The notes below the pieces were generated by a model that did no database searches, was not told the origin of the DNA, and saw only the letters and a list, made by a program, of their open reading frames with translations. The translations under genes were made by a program, and so were the position numbers. A DNA stretch of 64,000 nucleotides from Octopus vulgaris (lineage: Eukaryota), in contig OX597819.1 of the NCBI GenBank assembly GCA_951406725.2, positions 36,146,001 through 36,210,000 on the forward strand, given 5' to 3'. Positions 26,451-39,211 of the stretch are shown in pieces (position 1 is the stretch's first letter; each line of letters opens with the position of its first letter).

Positions 26451-29400
26451 ATTGAAATACAGATTAGTTTTATGTTAAACTTAATCTTGAAATTGTTAAT
26501 GAATTTTAATTAATATCAAAATGTTAATATGATGGTCATTACTACAGGAACTGCATTATATTTGTTAATATAGTTGTGATTTTCTCAGGTTTGTCTGTTT
26601 TTGTTATTCTTAACATTAATAATGTAAATATTCAACAACCAAAATATAAGTAGGGCACAACTTCTGAAATTGTATGCACTCCATTTTGTTCCTCTTCATT
26701 GAAGGCTTGAAATTGTTTTCTGGATGCATATAAACATCTGTTTTCATCCCCTTTAACTAGATTCTGTAGGATTAATATAAAAAAATGGATCAGGCTGTAG
26801 ACTGGCAGGATCATTAGAGTATTGAGCATTGTTCCTGTATGTTCTGAGTTCAATTCTGCCATTGTCAATTTTGCCTTTCATTTTTGTGGCTTTCTGCCTG
26901 TATTTGAAATTGTAATTAATCTATAGATTACTGATTTTCTGTTCATCTCATGTCAACTAAGTTGCTCTCCTCAAACTCGATGTAGTTTCCATTTTTTGTT
27001 TTGGTTTGAGAATTTGGCTGAATCTACAGCAATTGCTTAGTTAGAAATTAGTTAGGCTTGAGAAAATTAACTTAACAGTTATTCTGCATACTTTATTAAA
27101 AAAAAGTTTTTTTCATAAAAGTATTTTTACATTCACACTAAATTGAAAACTTTTTTCTAACCCATGTAACCCATCTTTAAGTATCACTAGCCAGTGTCTA
27201 ACTTAAGCTTTTTTAAAAGTATTTTCAAAATATATTAATACAAAGAGGTTTTTCTATTTGCAATGAAAATGTCTCCCAGAATCTGTTCAAACTCACTGAG
27301 TTTTAGTCCATGTTTTTCTTAGACTGATTTTTGTGTGTGTGATAATGTTGAATAAAAAAAAATTTTTTAAAGAGATTATAAGCTTGTTATCAATATTAAC
27401 TAAAGAGATTCTGAAGATCGCTGACATGAAGTGGTGAAACATCCATGAACTGACACACTGAGCAGTTTATTTTCCTTTGTGTCATAGTCAAATATTCCAA
27501 GACTGAATCAGTGTATAAGGACTTCAGATCTCAGAAAATTTTTTTTCATTGTTTTTACCAGTTTTTACCAAACAAATGAAAAATTTCTTAGATTTTCTAT
27601 GTTGAAATATCTTCAAGATTTCTTATACTGCCAAACACAAACAATAAAACCCCCCAAAAAATATGTGGAAGGAAATGGAAGATTATCTTTATTTCTAGCA
27701 AGTGTCAAATTCTTTGAAACAAATCAGTTCAGATTCACTCATTTTCATTGTGCGTGTGTGTGAATGAGAGAAGGGGTGGAGTGAGTAGTGTGTGTAAGCA
27801 AGATGTCTTGTACACAAATTTTTGTGTGTATCTTCCAATGTTCTTTTTCCTCCCCCTCTACTTTTTATTTTGTTTAATTTTTTTTTTTTCTTGTGTTTTA
27901 ATTATATTTTAAATGTAGATCTTCCCTGGCAGGTATATTCATTCATTTGCAAATATTAGCCATAATCAGTCTGATCTTTCTAAACCTATTTTGTCATTCT
28001 ATGTTCAGAAATATTATATAAACATATTTTTTTCTCACCCAGTCTGGTTTAAAAGATATGACGACTATTATTTGGCTAAAAATTAAACCTAAAAAAAAAA
28101 CTAAAAGAAAAATCTTATCCCTCCACTCCAACCCAACTCTCAATTGTACATCTTTTTATAAATTTCAATTCATTTTCGAATTTAGTTTTTTTTTTGTTTT
28201 TTTTTTTGGTAGGGGGCTGTGTCTTTTGTTGTCTTCTGAAATAAACTAAAAGAACAAATCTATATTTGAGTTATTCTTTTCAATTTCATGTCATCACGTT
28301 CACTTTTCCAAGCTTGCATGGGTCAAGCAAAATTTGAGTTAAATTTTTACTGCCAGATGTTCTTCCTGTTGCCAACCCTCACCTATTTCTGGGCAACTTA
28401 ATATTTCCCTTAGTCCTTTGAACATGGACAACACAATAGCTGGATGTGTTTTCAAAGAAGGTTGTAAACACATGATGTTGCTTGCATGACAGTGAACCTT
28501 GTTTACAATTAATACATGATATCAAGACCTGAATTCATACAGATTATACCACATCCACTGATATACAAGAAACATTGTATCTATCTAAAATATATTTTTG
28601 TGAATTGTGTGATGTCATTAAAATGTGTTATGCATATGTATAGTTAAGAATTCCTGCATGAGCTCCTGGTAGCATATATCTGTATATACTGAGCATATGA
28701 CTTATAGTCACATTTTTACCCAGGTTGGATAGATAGTAAAGTGGGTGAGGAGTTATGCTTGAAATTTTGAAGTATGAATTGATGTTTGTGCATGCAAGGA
28801 GAAAAAGTTTCCTCCTTAATATTCAAAATATTCACTCTTGATGTTGATATTTAATTTTTCTGTGATACAGAGGTTACATTTGCTGTCCTGTACCCTATAT
28901 GAGTTGGCCTTAGCTATGATGCTCTAGTTTATATGGAGGTTGTCCATAACAGATTTTTCGTGACATCACTGATTCACAAAGAAATATGTACATGAACTTG
29001 CAATTTCATGGACTAATCTTGTCTAAAACTTATAAAATCCCATAATTGATATGCACTTGCTCAGACATCAACAAAAATGCATGATGTAGAAATATGAATG
29101 TGTGCACCATTTGAGCGTGGTCGATGCCAGTGCCGCCTGACTGGCTCCTGTGCCGGTGAGATGTAAAAAGCACCATTTGAGTGTGGTTGCTGCCTGACTG
29201 GCTCCCATGCCGGTGGCATGTAAAATGCATCATTCAAGCCTGGTTGATACCAGTACCACCTGACTGGCCCTTGTGCCAGTGGCATGTAAAAAGCACCCAC
29301 TACACACTTGGAGTGGTTGACAGTAGGAAGGGCAACCAGCTGTAGAAACTTTGCTAGATCAGATTGGAGCCTGGTGCAGCCTTCTGGCTTGCCAGCCCTT

Positions 29401-30108
29401 AATCAAACTGTCTAACCCATGCCAGCATGGAAAGTGGATGTTAAACGAGGATGATGTATGAGCAATTTCACATATGACAATGAAAGAATGAATTAATTTA
29501 TGATGAATAGAAATTCTTGTGCTAAATCAAGGCAGATAACACATTCTTGTAAGTTACTACCCTGGAAATCCTGCAGAGGATCATGTAATCTTGACTATTC
29601 CAAAATGCTGGGGATTACTAAGTAGACTGAAGATAGCTCTTCATTGGAAAGGAGAAAGGGAAAAGTCCAAAGGAGAAGTAAAAAAATCACCAACGGCCCA
29701 TGTGCAGTTATATTTCTGATATAGTGGCTGTGTAGTAAGTAGCTTGCTTACCAACCACATGGTTCTGGGTTCAGTCCCACTGTGTGGCACCTTGGGCAAG
29801 TGTCTTCTACTATAGCCTCGGGCCGACCAAAGCCTTGTGAGTGGATTTGGTAGGAAGAAACTGAAAGAAGCCTGTCGTGTGTATATATATGTATGTATAT
29901 GTTTGTGTGTCTGTATTTGTCCCCTCAACATCGCTTGACAACCGATGCTGGTATGTTTACATCCCCGTCACTTAGCAGTTCGGCAAGAGCGACTGACTGA
30001 ATAAGTACTAGGCTTACAAAGAATAAGTCCTGGGGTTGATTTGCTCGACTAAAGGTAGTGCTCCAGCATGGCTGTAGTCAAATAACTGAAACAAAAAAAA
30101 TAAAAGAT

Positions 30109-30146
<38 letters not shown>

Positions 30147-30911
30147 ATTCAGAAAAAAGGAAAAGTAAAAACAAATGTGAGGACGTAGCACAAACAAAAT
30201 ATTAATATGATGCACAGAGAAGGAAAAGAGTAGTTGTTTTATGTTTTGAGCATAGCTCTTCTTTGGAAACAGGAAAGCCCAAAGGGAAGCAGGAAAATAA
30301 TCACCAATAGTCCATGTGCAGTTACATTTTTGAAGTGACCAGAAGTAGGACAAAGAGAAAGTGCTTTCTGGGACAGGAGAGTGTGAAGATGGTCGGTATG
30401 TGTGTGGCAGCGTGTATGTATAGTAATGTATGTGTGTGGGGGAAAAAATCTGTGTGTGATAGCGTGTGTATGTGTGTGTGGGAGTAACTATGTGTGTGTG
30501 GTATTGTGTGTTCGTGTGAGTATCTGTGTGTGTGTGTAAATATACTCACACATTGAATGCATCTATGTATACATTATTGAATGGGCCACTGACTCAGGAT
30601 TTCATCAATCTTTTGACAACCTTTGTTTCTTGTCCTGCAGGTTGTTCAAAACAACCTTTCTCACAAAGCTAGCTGGGTGGAGTTGCCAATTTAGCTGCCA
30701 ATAACCCAAATATACAACAGGTTGTACTGGTTATAAGTTGTATGTATATATATATATATATGCATGTATGTTTGTGTGAGTGTGTGTACACTACAATGAA
30801 TACTTACTGAGTGTGGGTTGGAATTTTTCATTGAATATTTGAGTTCATTTATATTTACTTAGGTCACAGTATCCATCTTTCCTTCTTCACTTACCCCCAC
30901 TTTCTATTTTA

Positions 30912-30942
<31 letters not shown>

Positions 30943-31767
30943 TTCTCTCTCTGTCTATCTGTTTGGCGGCGAGCTGGCAGAAACGTTAGCGCGCCGGGCG
31001 AAATGCTTAGCGGTATTTCGTCTGTCGTTACGTTCTGAGTTCAAATTCCACCAAGGTCGACTTTGCCTTTTATCATCTCGGGGTCGATAAATAAAGTACC
31101 AGTTTCGCACTGGGTCGATGTAATCGACTTGATCCATTTGTCCCCTCTATGTTTAGCCCCTTGTAGGTAATAAAGAAATATATCTATCTGTCTGTCTTCT
31201 ATCTATAGCATTTATTTATAATTCATGAAGTCTGGAAAGAAACCATCAACTAGAACTGAAGATAATAATATGTATATGAACTGGAAAGGGATTGATTACA
31301 CTGGATATCAAAATTTGATGTTATAAAAAGCCTTGATACAGATAGAAAAAAAACTCAGCCCCATGGCCTAAACATTAAAGTTTGTTATGTCTACAGTAGG
31401 ACATGACAATCCTTTCTACTATAGGCACAAAACCTGGAATTTTGGGGGATGGGAGCTAGTTGATTACATTAACTCTAGTGCATTACTGGTACTTGTTTCA
31501 TTGACCCTGAAAGGATGAAAGGCAAAGTTGACCTTGGCAGAATTTGAACTCAGGCTGTAAGGATGTACAAAATGCTGTGAAACATTTTGCCCAGCATGCT
31601 AATGATTCTGCCAGCTCACCACCTCATGAAGCTATTGAATCTTACTTTTCCATTGATCTTACATAAAGCTTAAAAATGGAACAGCTCTTAAATGTATGGA
31701 GTGAGGATCAAACTCAGCACAATGTTAATAAGCACAATAATAATTTAAAAAAATTGCCAAAACTATG

Positions 31768-31979
31768 TACAAGGAGGTGCTGAAAATTTTCTGGGTATTG
31801 CATAAGGCCTGGCTGGAGGCCCAACTTTTCGAGGTCTTTTACAGGGCTTAGAAAAACTGAAGGAATGCTGCAATGAGTGTGTGAATCTGAGAGGGGGATA
31901 TGTTGAATAAAATCATAATTAACTGATTCTCCTGTATTTTTTTTTACCCAAAGCCAGGAACTTTTCAGCAATCCTCATA
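31768..31979 (+). mobile_element. Internally deleted mariner (MITE-size)
   Basis: Imperfect TIRs ta-caaggaggtgctgaaaattttctgg / ccaggaacttttcagcaatcctca-ta; retains the transposase C-terminal gggggatatgttgaataa (GGYVE*). Confidence 0.65.
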
Positions 31980-31984
31980 CAACG

Positions 31985-32750
31985 ATTTGTAAACTTTTAA
32001 TGCAAAACATTTTCCGGCTAGTAAAGGATGACTTGAAAAGTTTAAGAAGTGCTTGAATTTGCTTAACATAAAAAATGATAGGTGAAGCTACCAATGCAGT
32101 ACCAGAGGCTGCTATTGATTATCCTGAGCAGCTGAAGTAAATGACTGCTAAAGAGAGCTACACATCAAAGCAGGTTTATGATATTAATGAAGCTGCCCTT
32201 CTTCCTGGAACCAATATTTCTTGAGGATAAATATCAACCCCAGAATTTAAAGTTCCAAATATTTTTGAAAACTCCTGGGAGGATATACTGCTGATGATGT
32301 GAAATTGCAGCTCCTACTTGTGTGTCTCACAAGAAATTGAAAGGCTTTTAAAAGTTTTTAATTTATGTCTGATTTCACATTCACAGAAGAAAGCATGGCT
32401 GATGAAGCACCATTTTGAAGAGTGGTTTACAAACAATTTTTCTCCTGCTGTAGAAAGATGCAGGACCCTACATATTTTCAACAAAGCCTTGTTCCTTTTA
32501 GACAATGAACCAAACCAATCATTGAATGTAAATGAACTTTCTTCTTTGCTCCAGCCAACAGATTAAGATGTGATAGTTAACTTAAAGGTATATCATGTGA
32601 GAACTTCAAACAACTTATGAAAGCAGCTGAGATGGAGGATAAACCTACAGTTAAGAGATTTCTAGAAGAAATTCAACATAATGGATGCTGTGGAACGCAT
32701 AGCTGAATCATGTTCTGAATAACGGAACTAGCAAAATCCGTTGATTCAGG
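31985..32750 (+). mobile_element. Tigger/pogo-type transposase remnant
   Basis: Fragments ASKG.LEKFKK, GEA, KQVY..NEA.L, KAWL...FEEWF.NNFSPAVE, KALFLLDN, LLQP.D, KKFNIMDAV (DDE_1-like); many stops. Confidence 0.75.
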
Positions 32751-33859
32751 GAGGAGCTTATGAGCCTAAAGAAGCAGATTAAGAAGGTGATGGAGGCAAT
32801 GAGGGAACTTCATCATCATCATCATCATCGTTTAACGTCTGCTTTCCATGCTAGCATGGGTTGGACGATTTTGACTGAGGGCTGACGAGCCAGATGGCTG
32901 CACCAAGCTCCAATCTTGATCTGGCAGAGTTTCTACAGCTGGATGCCCTTCCTAACACCAACCACTCCGAGAGTGTAGTGGGTGCTTTTTACATGCCACT
33001 GGCATGGGGGCCACTCAGGCGGTACTGGCAATGACCTCGCTCGAATCTTTTTACATGTGCTACCGGCACAGGTGCCAGTGAAGCGACGTTGGTAACGATC
33101 ATGCTCGAATGGTGCCCTTGTACGTGCCACGGGTATGGAAGCCAGTTGGCTGCTCTGGCAACGATCAAGCTCAGATGGTGCTCTTGGCACCCTACTAGCA
33201 CAGGCATGAGTGCCAGTCAGGCTACGCTGGTAACGATCATACTCAAATAGCTGCTCTGTCAACGATCACACTCGTATGATACTCTTTGCACCCTGCTAGC
33301 ACAGATGCCAGTCATCGAATTGATTTTGATTTGATTTTGATTTCATATGGACAAATTATCCGCCACAAGAAACTGAGCTTTGGAGAGGGGAGCCACATTT
33401 GATTAAATTCCTGTTTCAGACACTTTATGCTGTTTTTACATCTTACTGAGTATGTTTAACTTGTTCTGCCGGAGAAAAATTTTGTAAACACTTTATAACT
33501 TTTCCTTCTCTTTTCTTTTCTCTTATTTCATCACCTACAACATCATTATCATCTTTTTCTCTATTTCCTTACTTCTTATGGCAAGCTAACATGCTTACTT
33601 CTCTTGGTGCCATGTTTACATCTCCCACCCTCACCACTTATATCTCTAACAATAACCTCTTTACTCTTTTACTTGTTTCAGTCATGTGGCCATGCTGGAG
33701 CACTGCTTTTTAGTCGAGAATATCGACCCCAGGACTTATTCTTTGTAAGCCTAGTACTTATTCTATCGGTCTCTTTTGCCGAACCGCTAAGTTACGGGGA
33801 CGTAAACATACCAGCATCGGTTGTCAAGCGACGTTGGGGGGTGAGGTACACACAAACAT

Positions 33860-33894
<35 letters not shown>

Positions 33895-35387
33895 CAACAG
33901 GCTTCTTTCAGTTTCTGTCTACCAGATCCACTCACAAGGCTTTGGTCAGCCCGAGGCTATAGTAGAAGACACTTGCCCAAGGTGCCACACAGTGGGACTG
34001 AACCCAGAACCATGTGGTTGGGAAGCAAGCTTCTTGCCACTCAGCCATACTTGCACCTATAATATATACATATATGCCTGTTTGAGGTCCAACACGAATT
34101 CCTTTCGAGTGTTGGCCCTCATGGAGACAATGGCCAAAACCTTTGGAATTATGTTGTGCTTAAGAAGACCCATCAAGCCAAGCAAAATTACAGTTGTGAC
34201 AAGTGTCATGCAAATGGCACATAAAAGCACCCATTATACTCTCAGAGTGGTTGGTGTTGGAAATGGCATCCAGCTATAGAAAACCATGCCAAATCAGATT
34301 GGATCTCGACACACCTTTCTAGCATGTCAGCCCAGTCAAACCATTCAACTAATGCCAGTATAATCAACAGACATTAAATGATGATGATGATGATGATGAT
34401 ATTATTGTATTTTAGGATGGTCATTTTATTTATTTATTCAACTATTTTTTTGCCAAATAAAGACATGCACTATATATATGTATATATATCTTTCGTCACA
34501 CAACTGTGACCTCTTCAGCAACACTTTTCATTTCCGTGTATGTTCTTGTGAAAAAATTACGTTAGTTTACCTTTCAAGAAATACGAACCTAAGATCTTAA
34601 ATGGTACTTCAGTTATTTAATGGATTGTAGAACTCATAGCCATTTGGTAGTTCTCATCATTCAACAGCAAAAATAGGGGTTTCAAATTTTGGATGAGCAG
34701 CTAAGTTGATTACATCAACCCCCATGCTCAATTGGCACTTATTTTATTGATGTTGAAAAGGATGAAAAGCAAAGTCGACCATGGCAGAATTTGAATTCAG
34801 GACGTGAAGACAAACGAAATGCTGCGAAGAACTTTACCCGGTATACTAACGATTCTGCCTACACGCCGCCTTTTTTAACTGTAAAAATGTTGACTATATC
34901 TACTCTAATAATACTCTTGTGTTTTTCTCCGTCACAACATATGAATGGCAAAGGAAGAGATAGTAGATGAATAAGGAAGGAAGGAGTGATGGCAGTTCTA
35001 CGTTGAAAAAATAAATCAAACAGCGTTTCAACTCTGTGTGAGTATATGTAAAAAGGAATTATGTGAATGTTTGTATGTGTATATGTGTGTGCAATGGAAG
35101 TGGGATGGTGAACATTCAACGCTGAAAGCAAAAATCAAACAACATTTTAACTCTGTGTGAGTGTATGTGTGTATGTTCGTGTACAAGGGAAGTATGGGAA
35201 AATTTGTATGGATCAATGACACATCACAAAATACAAACACTAGATAACATTGATAAGTGTATTAATTTGAATTACCATCTATATTCTATCTTTTGTCCTT
35301 ATTTACATATAGACTACTACAAGTAGCCGTCATTTTTGACGGCGCGGGGCTAGCTATTAAAATGTATAGCGCAGGAGTGGCTGTGTG

Positions 35388-35532
35388 GTAAGTAGCTTGT
35401 TTACCAACTACATGGTTCTGGGTTCAGTCCCACTGCGTGGCACCTTGGGCAAATGTCTTCTACTATAGCCTCGGGCCGACCAAAGCCTTGTGAGTGGATT
35501 TGGTAGGCGGAAACTGAAAGAAGCCCGTCGTA

Positions 35533-35572
<40 letters not shown>

Positions 35573-35793
35573 TGTGTGTGTTTGTGTGTCTGTGTTTGTC
35601 CCCCAACCATTGCTTGACAACCGATGCTGGTGTGTTTATGTCCCCGTTACTTAACGGTTCGGCAAAAGAGACCGATAGAATAAGTACTGGGCTTACAAAA
35701 GAATAAGTCCCGGGGTCGAGTTGCTCGATTAAAAGGCGGTGCTCCAGCATGGCCGTGGTCAGATGACTGAAACAAGTAAAAGAGTAAAGAGTA
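35388..35793 (+). mobile_element. SINE family A, full-length copy with CpGs retained
   Basis: Near-identical to 15360-15812 and 51906-52366. Confidence 0.9.
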
Positions 35794-37520
35794 TACCAGC
35801 ATTGTCACAAGGCATAGGCATATTCCTACTGAGCAGTTACCAGGAGGCCTGATTCTCATCTATGCATTGATGTAGCTTGCTGCCAATAAGTACATAATAT
35901 AGGGCCCAGTGCACTGATTTGCCCAAGGGCCTTTAATGCTACTATAAGACGGCTCTGATACGTAGCACAGATAGTATGTTGTATTAAATATTTAAGACGA
36001 CTGGAGAATTATTTCCCTTGAATACAATGGGAGACAATGTTTTGTTATGTGGAATATAGTAATACTGTTTCTCAATACAACGTGGGTTTTCTTTAATAAA
36101 AAAAAACACTTTGTATACTGAAGCCATTCACTACCGATTGTGCAGAGTGTCAGATTTTCAAAAACCAACAAACAATACACTTTAAGCACCACTAAAATAA
36201 AATAAACAACATCGATGGAGGTTGTTTATCGAAGTTGTCTCCCTTTAAATTTGAAAACTTGGAAAATTGAAGAGTTTTGAAAACACTGTTAATTTTAAAA
36301 CTAGTAGTGGAATGGTAGAATCGTTATTGCGTCGGAAAAAAAAGCAACTATCCCCGTGGTACTTGTTCAAGTCTTTTATGTCTTGTGTTTAAATCTCGAT
36401 GAGGTCAACTTTACTTTTCATTCTTCTGAGGTCAATAAAATAAGTTACCAGTCAAGTTTAGGAATCGATTGTATGGGCTGTTAGTCTTGTACTTAAATTA
36501 GAAACAGTTATTGATTATGAAAGTAAACTAAAATGTTTTTTAAACCCTGGAGAAAATAATGACCAATAAAAAAAAACTTAGTTATTAATTTGCGATATTT
36601 CTATACGATATTTTTTTGATTGTCTAATCTAAGAGACTATTTTAGAATTTGTTCAAATTAAAAGTTTTTTTTATTTTTATTTTTTTATTATTAAATAATT
36701 TGTTTTATATGTTTCTCCATTTGACAATATTTTCCGCTTCGTTTTTCAATTAAAAAAAAAAGAATATTAGAATTCTCGGAAAACAATTAAATATAACAAA
36801 CTGATTTTAATTATTCTTCGTAAATTCTTTAACCCCATACCAACAAATATATATTTCCGAATACTTATTGATATATTACGTCGAAGCCGTGCTACACAGA
36901 ATAAGTTGCAGTCGATTCTTTTAATGATAGTAATAAAAAATAGCTAATGGAATTTTTCTTTTTCTTTTTTTTTTTTTTGCCGCAGTTTCCCATACACTGT
37001 CATGTCACCCAGGCTGTTAGAAATATATATTTCTTTATTGCCCACAAGGGGTTAAACATAGAGGGGACAAACAAAAGGATTAAGTCGATTACATCGATCC
37101 TAGTGCGTAACTGGTACTTTATTTATCGACCTCGAAAGGATGAAAGGCAAAATCGACCTCGGCGGAATTTGAAATCAGAACGTAACGGCAGACGAAATAC
37201 GGCTACGCAATTCGCCCGGCGTGCTAACGATTCTGCCAATAAGTGACCCGTTAGAAAATTGGGTGCTACTTAGACGTGTGATCGACTACTTAAGGGCGTT
37301 TACTATAGATTACTTTTTAGTTTATTTTGCAATTCTTAAAAACTATTAAGAGATATTTTTTATAATAAATTCTTAGCATTGTAAATTAATGTTTTCAAAC
37401 TTCTTACTGTTTTAATAATAATAAAACGATGTTTCATTTATGTCTTAGTAAATAACAATAAGAAACGAAGAATAAACAATATAATAATAAAAACAAGCGC
37501 GCAGATCAAACAAATTTGAC

Positions 37521-38374
37521 GGATCTTCTCGGTTTGAACGGCAGTTTTTTCTAGCGGTGTCATATGAAATTGTCACCCATAATTATGACCCTAGTATCGA
37601 TCTATTGTATTTCAATCTGTTTTAGGGTTAAGGTTAGGGGTGGGGGGAAGGGTATCTTTTTTACTTCACAAAAGTAAATAAACCCAATCTGTTTCTTAAA
37701 CGAGGGACATATTCATACGGCACAGAATGTTCTTTTTTTTTTACCTCAATGGACGTCATTGCTTGGTTGACATTGCAGAAATTGAAAGAAAAAAACAAAT
37801 ATCTTACAAACTATAGAATTTTCTCAATAAAGGCAAGAGAAAAAAGATGTTTGGCGATCTTTCGTCTCTAGTAGACCTTTCCGTCGATTTCCGTAAAAAA
37901 TTTTTTTTTTTTACATATGGGCTTGCGGGGAACTTTTGAAGTAATGAGAGCGAAAGAGACTAAGAGAAAGCGATTGTATGACGAGGGAAATTCTTTTGAA
38001 GTTACCGTACATGGGAGCATTGATGTATATGTGTGTGTGAGTGTGTGTTTGATGGGGTGTGGGAGACAGACAGTATGTTGTGTAAGTGAAGTGCTTCTGT
38101 TAGTATGTGTGAAGAGACAGAGTAATGTGTGAAAGAAAGAGATAACTGAAATTTTTTACTCGGTGTATGTGTATATGTATGTATATTACTTCAAAAGTTC
38201 CCGCAAGCCCATATGTAAAAAACAAAAATTTTTTACGGAAATCGACGGAAAGGTCTACTAGAGACGAAAGATCGCCAGATGTTTTATAAACACATTCTAC
38301 CAGTATACGAAGTTTAAAATTTTTTAGTTACCTAGAAATTATATTAAAAACTGCCATTCAAACCGAAAAGATCC
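37521..38374. mobile_element. Non-autonomous TIR element (8-bp TSD class, Merlin-like), copy 1, carrying a nested insertion
   Basis: TIR ggatcttctcggtttgaacggcagtttt / aaaactgccattcaaaccgaaaagatcc; near-identical to 46925-47342 apart from the insert; flanks aatttgac/agtttggc. Confidence 0.85.
37853..38276. mobile_element. Nested MITE with ~92-bp TIRs and perfect 8-bp TSD
   Basis: TIR ggcgatctttcgtctctagtagacctttccgtcgatttccgtaaaaaa...; TSD agatgttt at 37845-37852 and 38277-38284; empty site visible in copy 2 of the host (~47245). Confidence 0.92.
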
Positions 38375-38465
38375 AGTTTGGCGTCTGCGTGTTTAGCAAC
38401 ATAAAGAAACAAAACTAACCTAAAGTAATCGTCCTTGAAGTTGTAGATCACACGCCAAAGCAATA

Positions 38466-38479
38466 GTATCTATGGTAAC
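38466..38479. promoter_or_regulatory. Candidate RFX X-box
   Basis: GTATCTATGGTAAC fits GTHNYYATRRNAAC; a second half-site tagcaac lies at about 38394; CpG-retaining neighbourhood. Confidence 0.4.
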
Positions 38480-38967
38480 AGGTTCATAACTGAACAATCA
38501 TTGTTCTAATAAATTTTTGGACGACAAGGGAGCAAAACAGACATCTCTTTAACATGCTAGTTTTCTGGTTTTGGCATCCTTTCGATATGAGTCCCATTTA
38601 CATCGCGTGTATTTGTTTACATTTGAAGAAGAAAACCGTCACTTTCCGTTAAATTTAAATTTTTGTTTTATATATGTGGGTTTAGGGTATCTTTTTCTTC
38701 AGAAATGTAAATAAACCCACGTGGGTTTATAAGTGACAGTTATGTTACTAGTACCGAATGATCACCTTGGTTTTCTTTACCTCTACACGTCTCCTATGTT
38801 TTGTTATGAATATTTCTCACTATTTATTCTCATTACTACAGCAGTAACGACCAAAACGAAGAAATTTAAAAGCATTCAAAGTTGTCTCCCTTGCTCATTT
38901 TACTAAACGTTTAAATGACTTGATATGCTAGCAGTGTTTCGTTTGATCGCTGTAACGGACCATAGAA

Positions 38968-39211
38968 CAGAGGTCCCCAACAACTTAGCCACTAGTTCCA
39001 GGCTGTTGATTATTTGGTATTGAGCAGCACAAAATAAATAAATAAATAAAATAAAATAAATAAATTAAAAAATTTTTACTTCGGTTTTATTAGCTACTGA
39101 AGCTTGTAGGGTATTATGCACTTTACTGTGTATTATTATGCGTGTGATTCCCCCATCCCATGCAAAAATTGTCTTGCATAACACTAGTCTAAAACAGCTT
39201 GAGAAGTGCTT
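38968..39211. mobile_element. hAT-Charlie (MER1-like) MITE, diverged
   Basis: Starts cagaggtccccaac, contains aaaaattgtcttg; flanks ccatagaa/ctatagaa (8 bp). Confidence 0.55.

Noticed and set aside
30641-30720. + strand coding exon after a ctgcag acceptor
   Set aside because: Stops in all three frames
32990-33310. CRISPR-like repeat array
   Set aside because: Degenerate tandem units without unique spacers, inside a dispersed eukaryotic LINE tail; no cas genes
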